Positions 1-11,228 of a stretch of 64,000 bases of DNA are shown in pieces; the stretch's first letter is position 1; each line of letters starts with the position of its first letter. The notes beneath the pieces are model-generated. The model ran no database searches. It was not told where the DNA came from and was given only the letters and a program-made list of their open reading frames with translations. A program made the translations under genes and the position numbers. The stretch comes from Eledone cirrhosa. Lineage: Eukaryota. The DNA lies in assembly GCA_964016885.1 (NCBI GenBank), contig OZ024740.1, forward strand, positions 396,924,001 through 396,988,000. Reading direction: 5' to 3'.

Positions 1-478
1 TAAATGTAAATGTGCATTTTCGCCTTAAATCCTGGGCTAACCAATAATATGTCAAAAACACGACAATCTCCCAAGTGTTGGTATCGCGATAAAACGCACC
101 TGATACACTCTTTAGTGTGTAGGTATATATATATGTAAGCCAGAAGCAGACATCAGCCCTGCTTGAAAGATTTGTAGCTCCGACTAAGTACTGACATGGT
201 CTGTTATAACTTGTCCAACACTTTGCTAAGAGAAAAAAATAAACGTTAAATGGTAATGATGATGATGATGTTGATATATAACTAAACTAAACTACAGCTG
301 TCACTTGCAATTGAGTATGACTTGGTAGTATTTACTATGCTTTTAGGTACCCATGCAGTCATGAGCAAACACGGACACTCATTTGACACTCTCTTCTTTG
401 ACCTATTTATTGATCACAGAAAATTATTATATATTTTAGTTAATTATACAAATTTGTATAAAAATGTGATTTTTTAAG

Positions 479-564
479 GTTCAGTAATGTACCTCTCTGC
501 GGTCTGTACCCCTAGGTGGCTGCCTTTTTGGTCTAATGGAAGCACCAGTTCTGATTACATAAAG
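479..564 (+). CDS. Candidate internal exon of an unidentified host gene (..SVMYLSAVCTPRWLPFWSNGSTSSDYIK)
   Basis: Acceptor tttttaag|GT at 478/479, donor AAG|gtaaaa at 564/565. Ends in phase 0, matching the only open frame of the next candidate exon. May start at the upstream acceptor at 347. Confidence 0.45.
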
Positions 565-986
565 GTAAAAGCTGTCTTTAAATATTTGTTTATCAAATAT
601 TTTCAGAGGCTGCCCCCATTGTTGTATCCTACCCAGTTATTTTCGTTATTACTATTATTACACACTTTATTCTTCTCTAGAACCGACACCTAGCTACTCT
701 GTTAGTCTGTTACTAATTTTCCAAATGTTGCACCAGGTTTTATTTCAGGTGACTAACCCTTCACTGTGTGTTCGCTAAAAATATTAATTTCCAATTTTTA
801 TACTTCGGATTCGGCAATTCAAGTGAAAGTAAATGAAATCACGTGGAAAAAGTCACACTTATGATGAGGTCTCAATTGGATCTTCATTGTTTTCAGTGTG
901 TGTGTGTTTTCTACTGTTTTTCTATGGCATCTAAATAAAATGTGACCTTTTCTCTTATGACTTTTTTCTGTAACTTTTATTTCCAG

Positions 987-1056
987 ATTCGAATCAAATT
1001 CACACCAGATGAACATTATAATAAACAAGAACATATGATATCCAAAACCTTTCAAG
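987..1056 (+). CDS. Candidate 70-nt internal exon (IRIKFTPDEHYNKQEHMISKTFQ)
   Basis: Strong polypyrimidine acceptor cttttttctgtaacttttatttccag| and consensus donor AAG|gtaagt. Only frame 0 is stop-free. Confidence 0.6.
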
Positions 1057-1204
1057 GTAAGTTACTCTTACATACAGAATAATATAGAGCAGTTATATCG
1101 AGTTACTTCCCCTATGCCAATAATTTATATGGACACTTTCAGACGTAGCAATTCACATACAATCTCCCGCAAAAAGTATATATATATATATATATATATA
1201 GATA

Positions 1205-1552
1205 TATAAATAAAGTAGAAGGGATATTTAATTTGTTGGAAATTCAACAAATATAAATGTTTATAACTGATTCAGCGCACTCGACAAGTTTCTGGAGTAA
1301 ATATTCAATGATATTAAATAAATGGAAACTATATTTATAAAACCATATTTATTCAAGGGTACCAAAAACTTTGGTACGCTTTCATCAGATAAAAATCAAA
1401 GAGTGTTTTATAAATTTTGACATAGCCAAGGAAACATACCTTATCAGTTTAATTTTCCAAGGAAAGCGTACCAAAGTTTTTGGTACCCTTGAAATATATA
1501 ATAGAATAAATATGGTTTTATAAATATAGTTTCCATTTATTTAATATCATTG
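1205..1552 (-). mobile_element. PLE-type non-autonomous fold-back element in (TA)n with a split hammerhead
   Basis: Inverted arms 1306-1383 / 1462-1552, (TA)n on both sides. CTGATGA on - strand at 1382-1388, GAAA-tata-TA on + strand at 1491-1500. Confidence 0.6.
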
Positions 1553-1741
1553 TATATATATATATATATATATATCCAGGTGAACCTACAGTAACTCCAA
1601 GTTACACTCCCTGTATGTATATATAACTGGTGAGATGTATATATAAGTGAGAGCTGCTAGTGCACATACTTAAATATGGAATTATACGCATATATATATA
1701 TATGCAATTATATATATATGCATTTAAAAACAAAATCTGAT

Positions 1742-1945
1742 AAATTCACTTCATATTTATCATATATTTCTTGGTGTTAAAATTTCCGTCATTCTGCTTG
1801 TAACATCATGGTCACTGACATAGTTCCAGCAGGTCACAAACAGTGTGACGAGAATTTTACATGGCACTGTGCCAGTGTTTATATTGTAAACAGTACAAGG
1901 AAAATGTTGACACCAAGAAGTAAATAATAGATATAAAGTGAATTT
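1742..1945. mobile_element. Small MITE-like element with imperfect ~45-bp terminal inverted repeats
   Basis: aaattcactt...ttcttggtgttaa (1742-1780) vs ttgacaccaagaa...aagtgaattt (1907-1945). Confidence 0.4.
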
Positions 1946-2298
1946 AATAGTGCTTATGTGTTTTCAATGGCTAAGATGATTCTTTTATGATGTAATAGCA
2001 TTAGTTTCAACAAGTGGTGTCAGACAAAATCTGTAAAGTATTTGTTGATAGGAGGGGCGGCCAGTCGTATAAAGCTTGCCAAACAAAGGGTGGGAAGAAC
2101 TCTTCAGTTGTGTAAAAAATATGACAATCTCCTTGATGCTGGTGCCCTGATAAAAGGGACTCAGTAGCACAGGAATGTACGTAAGTGAGATGCAGGCTCC
2201 CAACCCAAACAATTCTGCTTGAGAACTGACTTGATCTGTGAAGACTCATACAACCCTTCCTAACAGGGAAGGTGGTTGTTAAATGATGATGATGATGA

Positions 2299-2333
<35 letters not shown>

Positions 2334-2352
2334 TCGGAACTCAATTTATTTT

Positions 2353-2441
2353 GTATTACAATTGTTTCCCCGGCAAACAGCTTGAGGTTCGATTTGTGTG
2401 TGGATCTAACCTGACTCTGGATTCACAGGTTCCTCAGACAC
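2353..2441 (-). ncRNA. Second (inverted) copy of the expanded hammerhead candidate
   Basis: Reverse complement reads gtgt-CTGAGGA-acctg...ccggg-GAAA-caattg-TA-atac; stem I kept with a G.U pair. Confidence 0.55.
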
Positions 2442-3023
2442 GTCTAGTGGTTTTGGAGAAAATCCTCTTTGTCTCGAGTTCCAACGTTACAAGTCTGTAT
2501 CATCTGCCTTCATTCTGTTTGCGCGTCCTTAGATTGGTCACTGGTTAGTGACATCATCATAGTTCTGATCACTGGAAGCAGCCCACTGACCACAAGGGTG
2601 TGAGCTGTCACTCACCCCGAGTCCCATCAGCAAAATTACTGCTGTGTGTACCCAAACTCACTACATGCAAAGACACTGATGGACACATACAGAATAGCTT
2701 GCATGCTTGCGTTCACACATGTACCCACAGAACCATATACACATATATATGTACACACACACATACACACAAATATACACATACATGCACACACACAGGC
2801 ACACACACGTGTATATACACATATATACACCCACCCACACACTCACATGCCTGTATAAATACATACACACACACACACACACGCATACACATACATACAT
2901 ATACACGCACACATATATAACCAGTGACCAATCTAAGGACGTGCAAACAGAATGAAGGCAGATGATACAGACTTGTAACGTTGGAACCCGGGATAAAGAG
3001 GATTTGCTCTGAAACCACTAGAC

Positions 3024-3112
3024 GTGTCTGAGGAACCTGTCAATCCAGAGTCAGGTTAGATCCACACACAGATCGAACCCCGAGCTGTTTGCCGGGGAAA
3101 CAATTGTAACAC
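3024..3112 (+). ncRNA. Type I hammerhead ribozyme candidate with expanded stem II domain
   Basis: gtgt-CTGAGGA(3028-3034)...GAAA(3097-3100)-caattg-TA-acac. Stem I gtgt/acac, palindromic stem III ACAATTGT. Confidence 0.6.
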
Positions 3113-3251
3113 AAAATAAATTGAGTTCTGATGCATCACTGATTCTTTGTTTTCCATTTCATCATACTCTGCTCCGTAGGAGCCTAGAGTGCTCAACTGG
3201 CATACCGCCTACGGACGCATCTTAGCTACCATAAGACATATATATATATAT

Positions 3252-3445
3252 ATAGGAAAAGAGTCAGGACTCTGATAGTGGAGCTCAAACCGTTTCGACA
3301 GCTAGTTCGGATCTAGCTGTCGAAACGGCTGGAGCACAGCCATCGAGGTCCTGACTCTTTTCCTATTACCCACTCTACTACCCTAAGTATCAAGTACTAT
3401 GGTGCATTATGGTCCACCTGGCTTCTTACAACACACTTTCTTCAT
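3252..3445 (+). mobile_element. Short fold-back element in (TA)n
   Basis: Hairpin 3252-3366 (ataggaaaagagtcaggac...gtcctgactcttttcctat) with apex gacagctag-ttcggat-ctagctgtc followed by GAAACGG. (TA)n flanks. Confidence 0.55.
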
Positions 3446-3559
3446 TATATATATATATATGTTGGGAAGTCCACAGATCAGGTTAATTTAGCATGTTTAG
3501 GTGCAGGGTATGTATGTATGTGCCTACGTATGTATGTATATGAATATACATATATATAT

Positions 3560-4335
3560 ATCATCATCATCATCGCTTAACGTTCATCTTCCACGCTAGC
3601 ATGGATTAGATGGTTTTGTTCCATTTGATGTGGGAATGGTTGGGAGACCATGTCTCGCTGCCACAGAAGCGTCTCAGGCAGGTTTGTTACAGCTGGATGC
3701 CCTTCCTAACACCAACCACATTTATAGTGCAGACTGGGAGCCTTTTAACCGTGTCTCCTACATGGCCACCTCACAGAGTGGACTGTTGTGTCATCGACAC
3801 AGATGACGAAATGGGAGAGGAAGGATGGGTAGGGTGTGGGGGTGAGGTGTACATTGAGTTAAGAGGTGCCTACTGACTGTAGGTTTGTATGCAATGGCAG
3901 TCGGGTCTTCTGTACAACTGCATGGCGCCAAAGGTCTCGATCCAGTGTCATTGTCTTAGAGAGGTGTAGGTGGGCAAGGTCAGTTTTTATCACCTCGTCC
4001 CAGGTTTTTCTTGGTCTACCCACTGCGCAGCTTCCATCAATTTTCATTGCCCTGCACTTTTTTATACAGCTATCATCCTTCATACGCAATCTCCTCTCCA
4101 GAACACAACATTTGATATCTCTTACGCTTAGTCTCCCTCTTAGTTTGTTTATGCTTCACCTTTCACACACATTACTATTATACATCCATCGGAGCATGCA
4201 AGCTTCATTTCTTTCTAATCTACGCAGGTCTTCAGCACACAATGCCCAAGTCTCACTACCATGTAATATCGCTGTTTGTATACATGCATCATACAATCTG
4301 CCTTTCATTTGTAGAGAAAAACCCCTTGTGGCCAA
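3560..4335 (-). mobile_element. RTE LINE 3' fragment (RT C-terminus, 3' UTR, (ATG)n tail)
   Basis: ATRGFSLQMKGRLYDACIQTAILHGSETW and MRMKDDSCIKKC..GRPRKTWDE closely match the 28172-29566 ORF. Confidence 0.9.
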
Positions 4336-4903
4336 CATATATATATATATATGCATATTGTATATATGTACAGATCAATGATCATCTGTAGTAAGAGGTG
4401 AAATGGCCAAGTAAGTAATTTATTGAACTTAGAAATTTCTAATGTGTGAAGTAAAGCAATGCTTATACTACCATATAAGCCAGTGATTCAACATAATGCC
4501 TTACCTGAGTTTCAACAGAATAAATTGCAAATATTTACACTGGAATATGAAGGAGGATATAACTAAATATTTAGGAGTTTGTTTTGTAATTTTTCCTTCT
4601 TTGTACACAGGGTAAGATGTTTACACTTTTACAAGAAAAGCAACAACAGAAAATGTTATTATGATAGAGAATATTTTTCTGTTAGAATAAAAATTGTATT
4701 TCTTTATATACAGCAAAAAGGAAATAGTTGAAGAAAATATTGTGTTTAGCCCACATGCACTACGACGACAATGCTGCTTTGATAACAAAATTCCCAATTG
4801 AAGAATGATCTTACTTGCTTTATCAATACTGGAGTTATAGTGCAGTTAGAACTGTGATGGGAATTCTTGGTATTATTTTTGCTGTTTATTACACATCCTT
4901 TAA

Positions 4904-5110
4904 TCATTTAGCATTTAAACCAGCTGTATCTGGCCAGAATTCTCTCACCTCTTTCTGTTCAAACCAGCCATAACAGGCCACACATATCGACATTAAAATA
5001 TTGTTCTCAAAATAAATAATATCAAAATCTTATAGATTCGAGATTATGTGAGATAAAGCCTTTACTGCAAAAATACATAGTATATATAGAGTAATGTAAA
5101 TGCTGAAGGA
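4904..5110. mobile_element. piggyBac-type MITE (degenerate copy)
   Basis: TTAA at 4900-4903 and 5111-5114; homologous to 5210-5430. Confidence 0.75.
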
Positions 5111-5209
5111 TTAAAAGATATCTTATAATTATTTAGTTAACATTGAAAGAGAAAGTAAATATCAGTGTTTGAAACATCTGACAATTTCTAGGTCAGTAGC
5201 TCTGCTTAA

Positions 5210-5430
5210 CCCTTTAGCATTTAAACCAGCCATATCCGGCCAGAATTCTCACACCGCTTTCTGTTCAAACTGGCTGTAATAGGCTGCTCATACTGATGTT
5301 AAGGTATTGTTGTCAAAATAAATAATATCAAAATCTCATAGATTCAATATTATGTGAGATAATTATGTTAAATAAAGTGTTTCCCATGAAAATACAATAG
5401 TATCTATAGAATAATGTAAATACTAAAGGG
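5210..5430. mobile_element. piggyBac-type MITE
   Basis: TTAA|CCCTTTAGCATTTA ... TAAATACTAAAGGG|TTAA: 14-bp TIR with one mismatch, and TTAA target duplication. Confidence 0.85.
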
Positions 5431-5630
5431 TTAAGTACTGACTTGGTCTCTGAAGACAGATCTAAAATCATGATGAAGATGACAATGCTGATGATGTAGT
5501 AGTAGTTAGAAAAACACTACAATATTTTCTGAGTGGCTTTGTTGTGGTAAGAAATTAGAGTTAGAAAATAATCCAATGTTTGAATAAGGAAGTGTTAGTT
5601 GCTATAGCTATTTATCTCTGTCTTTTTCAG

Positions 5631-5656
5631 GCTATCATTGCCTCTGGTTTCACTGA
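5631..5656 (+). CDS. Candidate terminal coding exon (G-YHCLWFH*)
   Basis: Acceptor tttatctctgtctttttcag|GC. A phase-1 join to 987-1056 gives GYHCLWFH then TGA TGA. No homology recognised. Confidence 0.3.
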
Positions 5657-6625
5657 TGAGAGCAAAAATTCCAGAGAGCCTTTTGCAGACACCTCGTAAA
5701 GTCATATGAAAATTGGCTTTTATCTTAACACTAGGCAAACATTATTAAGTGTTACTATATGGTCAAGCATACTTATGTTGCCATCATGTCTGGAGAGGAT
5801 AATATTGTATAAATTAGAACAAATAATGTACAGGACTAGAATACAGTAAGCTATCCAATCCAGAACAGTTATCTCTGTAGTGAGCTTTTACTGTTAATCA
5901 AATGAAAAAACATAATTTGATTATGAGAAAGACAAACCAGATGAAAGGAGAACATCTAGATAATGTTCAAATTCTTTTAGAAATGGCTACATTTTTAATT
6001 GGTTGACTTTTATCCACAATAATCAATACTGTCTCAATACAGTCTATACTTTCAAGTATAGACTGTCATTCTCAGTTTAGTATAATCTTTTTTACTGATT
6101 AGTCAGGGAAGGAATGGCAGCATTCTTAGCATGTTATCTTTTAGGGATTCTAACACTGCTAAGAAGAAGTTAGGATATCATCATCAAGCTGGAGATCTGT
6201 CCTAAATGATTGCAACAGATTGAACTTCACAAGAGACAACCATGATCCATGTGTTGATGACAGGTTAAATCTGTCACCCATGAACTCAAAGCTGGAAAAA
6301 AATACCAAAAGGTATCACACATTCAACACTCAAACAATTCCTTTATTTTATCCACATTGTAAAGATGAAAGGCACAGTTGACATAGGTATGATGTGAACT
6401 CATAGCTTATTAGCTGGAAAAAATACTGCAAAGCATTTTGTCCTGCATTCTAACAACTCTGTCAATGTCCATATGTAAACTCATATTCTATGTTACATAA
6501 ATATGAATGTTTATCAAAGCACTAGTGCTCTTGGCAAAGGCATGCTATTAAAACTTTCCACTAGTTCCCTGTGAATTTGATTCTTCATATCAGTATAAAT
6601 AACTCATTATATTATGCTACTGCTG

Positions 6626-6797
6626 TATCAGTAGAGAGTCGGATGTCATGCTTTGACGCATAGAGTTACGGGCCTTTCCATTCTGAGTTCAAATCCCGCC
6701 GAGGTCAACTTTGCCTTTCATCCTTACAGGGTCGATAAAATAAAGTACCAGTAATGCACTGGGTAATTGCTGGCCTTGTGCCAAAAGTAGAAACAAT
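6626..6797 (+). mobile_element. tRNA-derived SINE (family B), 5'-truncated
   Basis: B-box-like gagttcaaatccc and core ttgcctttcatcct..ggggtcgataaaataaagtacca. Flanked by an attattattatgct duplication. Confidence 0.75.
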
Positions 6798-6814
6798 TAT
6801 ATTATGCTGCTGCT

Positions 6815-7225
6815 GTTGTTGTTCAGCTCCCAGAACCCTATAATGAAAGGAATTCTAGTTATAATTCTTTTTCAGATTATCCAGAATTGGATTATCCAAT
6901 GTGTTATATTTTGTTTTAAGATGGTAGGATGTGATTTGAGGGAGATTTGGTAGCTATTTCTAGCAGTTAAAGTGACTACATTGATGCTTCCTTATTGATT
7001 CATTGCTGTTGTTGTTGTTTAGTCATATGTTATCCCTGATCAAACAAACATGATCAAAGGAATTTTAGCTATGATTATCTTGTCTATTTTTATATTTAAA
7101 GCTAAATTGTTCAACTGGGCCTTAATGTTTTAAGACAGTAGAGTTTGATTTGAGAGTTATGGCTGCTATTACTAGCCATCTGAGTAGCCACATAGAAGCC
7201 CTCTCATTAGCTTATTACCTTTGTT
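6815..7225 (+). repeat. Two tandem copies of a ~200-bp dispersed repeat (family D)
   Basis: Motif aagatggtagg..tgatttgagggagatttgg.tgctatttctagcag. Related copies near 16.8, 22.4, 23.7, 24.4-24.6, 38.0-38.3, 40.95 and 41.8-42.0 kb. Confidence 0.6.
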
Positions 7226-7465
7226 GTTGTGGTGGTTACAGTTTGTGATAATGTAATGGCCTGTGGTAAAAGTGGAGCCAATTAAACTCAATTGCTGAGT
7301 TTAGAAGTTAATTAACTACCTTGGAAACTCTGATATTTCTAAATGGTTACGAACCACTAGAAACTATACTATTACAGGCAATTAATTAAAGAAGTATTTG
7401 ACCAAAATGTTGTATACATTTAATCCTTGACATGAAAATATAATTTCTTCTTTTTCTTTCCCAAA

Positions 7466-8385
7466 GTTCATGACCATATGTAAGGGATACCATGAATACT
7501 GAATTGAAGATAGCAAGTTTGGCTTTTACATCTACCTCTCTTATGATTACCAAATGCTGAAGCTGGCTCATTACTGTACATTATTGCACCAGCTCTTGCA
7601 ATTCCTGCACTTAATTCAGCCTCCTGCCTTCCATTACTCATGAACATGACTCCGAGATACTTGAACATCTTTACCTGCTTCAGTAGAACTCCACTAGCAT
7701 GTACATCAAAAGATGCTGATGTGACTAGGTTTATGAGATCAGCAAAGTATTCTCTCCATCTCGTGAGGATGCACCTCTCTGAAGAGAGGAGAACCCCAGA
7801 TGCATTTCTAATAGGTGTAGAGGAAGACTTTGTATTGTAAAGTTGGTGGATGGTCTGCCAGAACACTTTATTTGCTAATCTGAAGTTGGATTCCAGATTA
7901 ACCCCAAAGTCCTCCTATGTCTTAACTTTGAATGCCTTTACTATCTCTGCTGTGACTTTTTGCACCTGCTTGTACCAGAAGTGTATGAAGGAGGACGTTT
8001 TTTCCATGCCAAGCTTTCTAGGCTACTTTCTTTGCTTGGATGGCATCTTTGACCTCTTGATTGAACCACAGAGTCCTCCTGCCAACCAGCTGCTTTCACC
8101 CACAGCATTTAACAGCTGAAGTGGAAACTGCTATTTCAACGTCCTTAGTTTGCTCGGAGAGTTCACTGATTTTTTTCTGCAATAGCTGGTCGATTTCCTT
8201 ATCCACTGAAGTTGCTCACTCTATCCTGTAAGTCGACCTAGACCTGCCAGTTTTGTGAGCCTCCTTAGCTTTAGGTAGTCTCAAGTTGCAGATAACTAGA
8301 TGGTGATCAGTTGATAGCTCAGTCCCTCTCTTAATATGAACATCTAGCACAGAATTGAAAAGATCAGAATGTCCATTATTAATCT
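7466..8385 (-). mobile_element. Decayed RTE-clade (Rex3/Expander-like) LINE with RT core deleted
   Basis: DVHIKRGTELSTDHHLV (APE C-terminus), FWQTIHQL, RWREYFADL fused directly to KQVKMFKYLGVMF, LTYGHELW. Confidence 0.75.
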
Positions 8386-9450
8386 CTGTCCTTGATTCCC
8401 CCCCTATACCATGTATATTTATGGATGTCTTTTTGCTGGAAGGAGAGATTTGAGTACCGACCAAAATATAAAGTGGGTACTTATTTATGAAATATTAGTT
8501 ATAGATATGCTTATCAATGAAACTTAATAACCAATAAAAGAACTAATTATGCTTAAAATAAACAGACTGAGTAGTATATATTGGATATATGAATACATTT
8601 CAAGGTCAGACAATATTTTTTATATCTTTTGTGTTCTTTTATATCATTTATATGTATTATATTCTTTTATGTATTGTTATTTGAAAAAAAAAATGGATTG
8701 CTAAGCACAGAGAATATTTCAAATTCAGACACATTAATAAAATAAGAGAAAATTTGCTCTCAGAATAAGATGTTTTTCTTGCATACATTATAATGGTTAT
8801 TGTTACTGTTGTAGTTACTGTTGTGAAATGTCTGTGGTCAACTCTGCTTAAGAAAACCTATCTATAAAGATTGCTAATTGAATGAAATTTATGATAGATA
8901 ATACATAGGAGAACTTGAATTCAGCATCACAAACTAATGAAACAATTATACAGTACACCTCATACTAAATTTAACTATATGTATCTATTTTAAGCATTGA
9001 ATGCACAGTCTTTCTTTCGTCTATTTGAATTTTTTTTTTAACTTAAATATCTTTAGAAAAACGACTTGAATCATTCCTTTAAAGATCAAAATTTTATATG
9101 CCCTCACACCATATTGTGTTAATTGATTAATAATTATCTTATTTAATGATAATAAACCAATTGTCTGGAAAGCAATTATACTAATAATTAATTATACAGT
9201 GCACAAGATTATGTTCTCATTATGCCAGCCCCCACCTCCCTAAATACTAACTGCAACTAAGAATATAGAAATAAATGACTTTGTTTTAGGCATAATGCAG
9301 TGGAAGAGACTGGATATGAAAATATCAGGTCTTTGAGTTGTTAATTGTTTAGTGAGCTGTAACTCCTGGAAGACAGAGTTATGAGAAGTACTACTTAAAC
9401 TTTTTATGATTAAGCAATGAATGATTTATTGAACAAATCTAAATCAAGAA

Positions 9451-9624
9451 AATTTTACCAGCCGCTTCCATTCAAACTGGCCGTAACTGGCCACTCATAC
9501 TGATGTTAGGGAATTATTCTCAAAATAAATAATATTGAAATCTCATAGATTCAATATTATGTGAGGTAAAGCCTTTACTGTGAAAATACAATAGCAAATA
9601 TAGAGTAATGTCAATGCTAAAGGG
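9451..9624. mobile_element. piggyBac-type MITE, left end missing
   Basis: Homologous to 5210-5430; ends AATGCTAAAGGG|TTAA. Confidence 0.75.
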
Positions 9625-9992
9625 TTAAGATAGCAAATGATGAAACTGCATTTCTGACCACAAGAGTGACAGGGTAGTATCTGTGATTTCAGGCAGAACA
9701 AATGCCACTAGAACAAACTTCAAAGAGCAATGTTTTTTTGTTGTTGCTTTTCTCACCATTGATTATATCACTCTCACCACACCCTCTCTACAACAGACTT
9801 CCAATCTTATCTCGACTTCACCTCCTCCCATCCAACCCACACCAAACACTCCATAGCCTATTCCCAATTCCTCCGTCTTCGTCGACTGTAACCAGGACGA
9901 CGATTTCAAAACCCATTCCCTTCGCATGGCTTCCTACTTCATCCAGCGTGGATATCCCCCCACCTTGATCCAAGCTGCTCTCACCCACACCC

Positions 9993-10649
9993 GTGAAACA
10001 TACCACACCACAGCCCTCTCACCTCACCCCCGCCCTCCTAACACCTGTGTTCCTTTCCCTCTCACCTACCACCCCATCACTCCGGCGACATATCCTCCGT
10101 TCCTTCCGTATCCTCTCTTCTGACCCCAACACTTCTCACATTTTTCCAAACCCACCCATTACTGCTTTTAAGTGCGCTGGCAACCTCCGCGACCTCCTGG
10201 TTCACAATTCCTTTTCGTCCTTTCCCACGCCTCCACCTGGCTCTCATCCTTGTTCCCGTTCCAACACTTGTCCCTTTATTTCCACCCTCACCACTCTTAC
10301 AGGCCCTAACGGGTCTTTCCGTATACGCTATTCCTTCACCTGCACATCCACTTACATTGTCTATGCCCTCTGGTGTTCCCTTTGTGGGTCTTTATATATC
10401 GGACAAACGGGACGCCATATGGCAGACCATTTTGCCGAAGATTTGACTCGGGACATCAGACTCGGTTTGGATACTGCTGTTGCCCGTCATTTCTGTTCTC
10501 CTGGTCATTCTTCCCTACATGTTTCAGTCCTGGGTGTCCCTTTACATCATGGCTCACAGGCCTCATGCACCAGGACTGAACAAAGTCTGATTCACCATTT
10601 TGGGTCCTATTCCCCTCTTGGACTCAACTCACCTCCCCAATTTCTCTAA
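9993..10649 (+). pseudogene. PLE GIY-YIG endonuclease domain remnant
   Basis: FTCTSTYIVYALWCSLCGSLYIGQTGR...EQSLIHHFGSYSPLGLN; the upstream RT part is in another frame. Confidence 0.85.
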
Positions 10650-11078
10650 TACCCCGTTCATTATCACACCCCTAAATTCCTATTGCTTTCTCTTGATCAT
10701 TAGCAGCTTCTCTTACAACTAATACATGCTGATACACACCCTTATATTAACATACTTTTTCTCATAGCTTTGTACTTACATGCACACATACTCTTTTACT
10801 CACATATAATACACACACATTTCTTCTTAGCTTTGTACGAACATATAATCACACACACACTCAAACAAGTATAGCTCTTTTTACAAAACGTTTTTTCTTC
10901 CATTTCAGATAGACGCACTCCATCATCGACTTTTCTAAAAAACAAATCATACACAAAACGTCAGCACCAACGGTTTTGCAAGAGATGTCAACATGAATGG
11001 ACCTGTTATTTTTATCTAAGGACATTTTTTCCAATTCCATCACACCCGTCCTCTCAATCTATTTTATTTCCCATTCTT

Positions 11079-11114
11079 TCTTCTGATGAAGGACTAGCGT
11101 CCGAAACGTTAAGA
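11079..11114 (+). ncRNA. Minimal type I hammerhead ribozyme in the PLE 3' region
   Basis: tctt-CTGATGA-a-GGAC-tagc-GTCC-GAAA-CG-TT-aaga. All core residues present; stem I 4 bp, stem II 4 bp, palindromic ACGT stem III. Confidence 0.85.
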
Positions 11115-11228
11115 CCCTCTTCCTGCTATATCAAGTGTTAACCTAATATATACCGTCCATATAGTGTACCGATTGTGTTGTTATTTCTGTTTACCTTTTA
11201 CATACATATAAATGTATATATATATATA

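Larger units (their letters stand above)
2329..3238. mobile_element. Divergent inverted pair of PLE-type non-coding units separated by a (CA/TA)n tract
   Basis: ~220-bp inverted repeat 2329-2547 / 2918-3136. Outer ends abut (TA)n and each arm carries an HHR core. Confidence 0.7.
9770..11215 (+). mobile_element. Penelope-like retroelement (Neptune-type), 5'-truncated and frameshifted
   Basis: RT C-terminus (DFTSSHPTHTKHSIAYSQFLRLRR, RGYP), PLTYHP, LRDLLVH, Cys-rich linker, GIY-YIG motif IVYALWCSLCGSLYIGQTGR, VARHF, PLGLN. Ends in (TA)n. Confidence 0.9.

Noticed and set aside
2600-3018. His/Thr- and Cys/Val-rich ORFs
   Set aside because: Translations of (CA)n/(TA)n microsatellite.
5652-5690. 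CTGATGAGAG as a hammerhead
   Set aside because: No stem II and no GAAA/UH box follows.
6039-6066. 13-bp-arm perfect palindrome
   Set aside because: Short and isolated; no context suggesting function.
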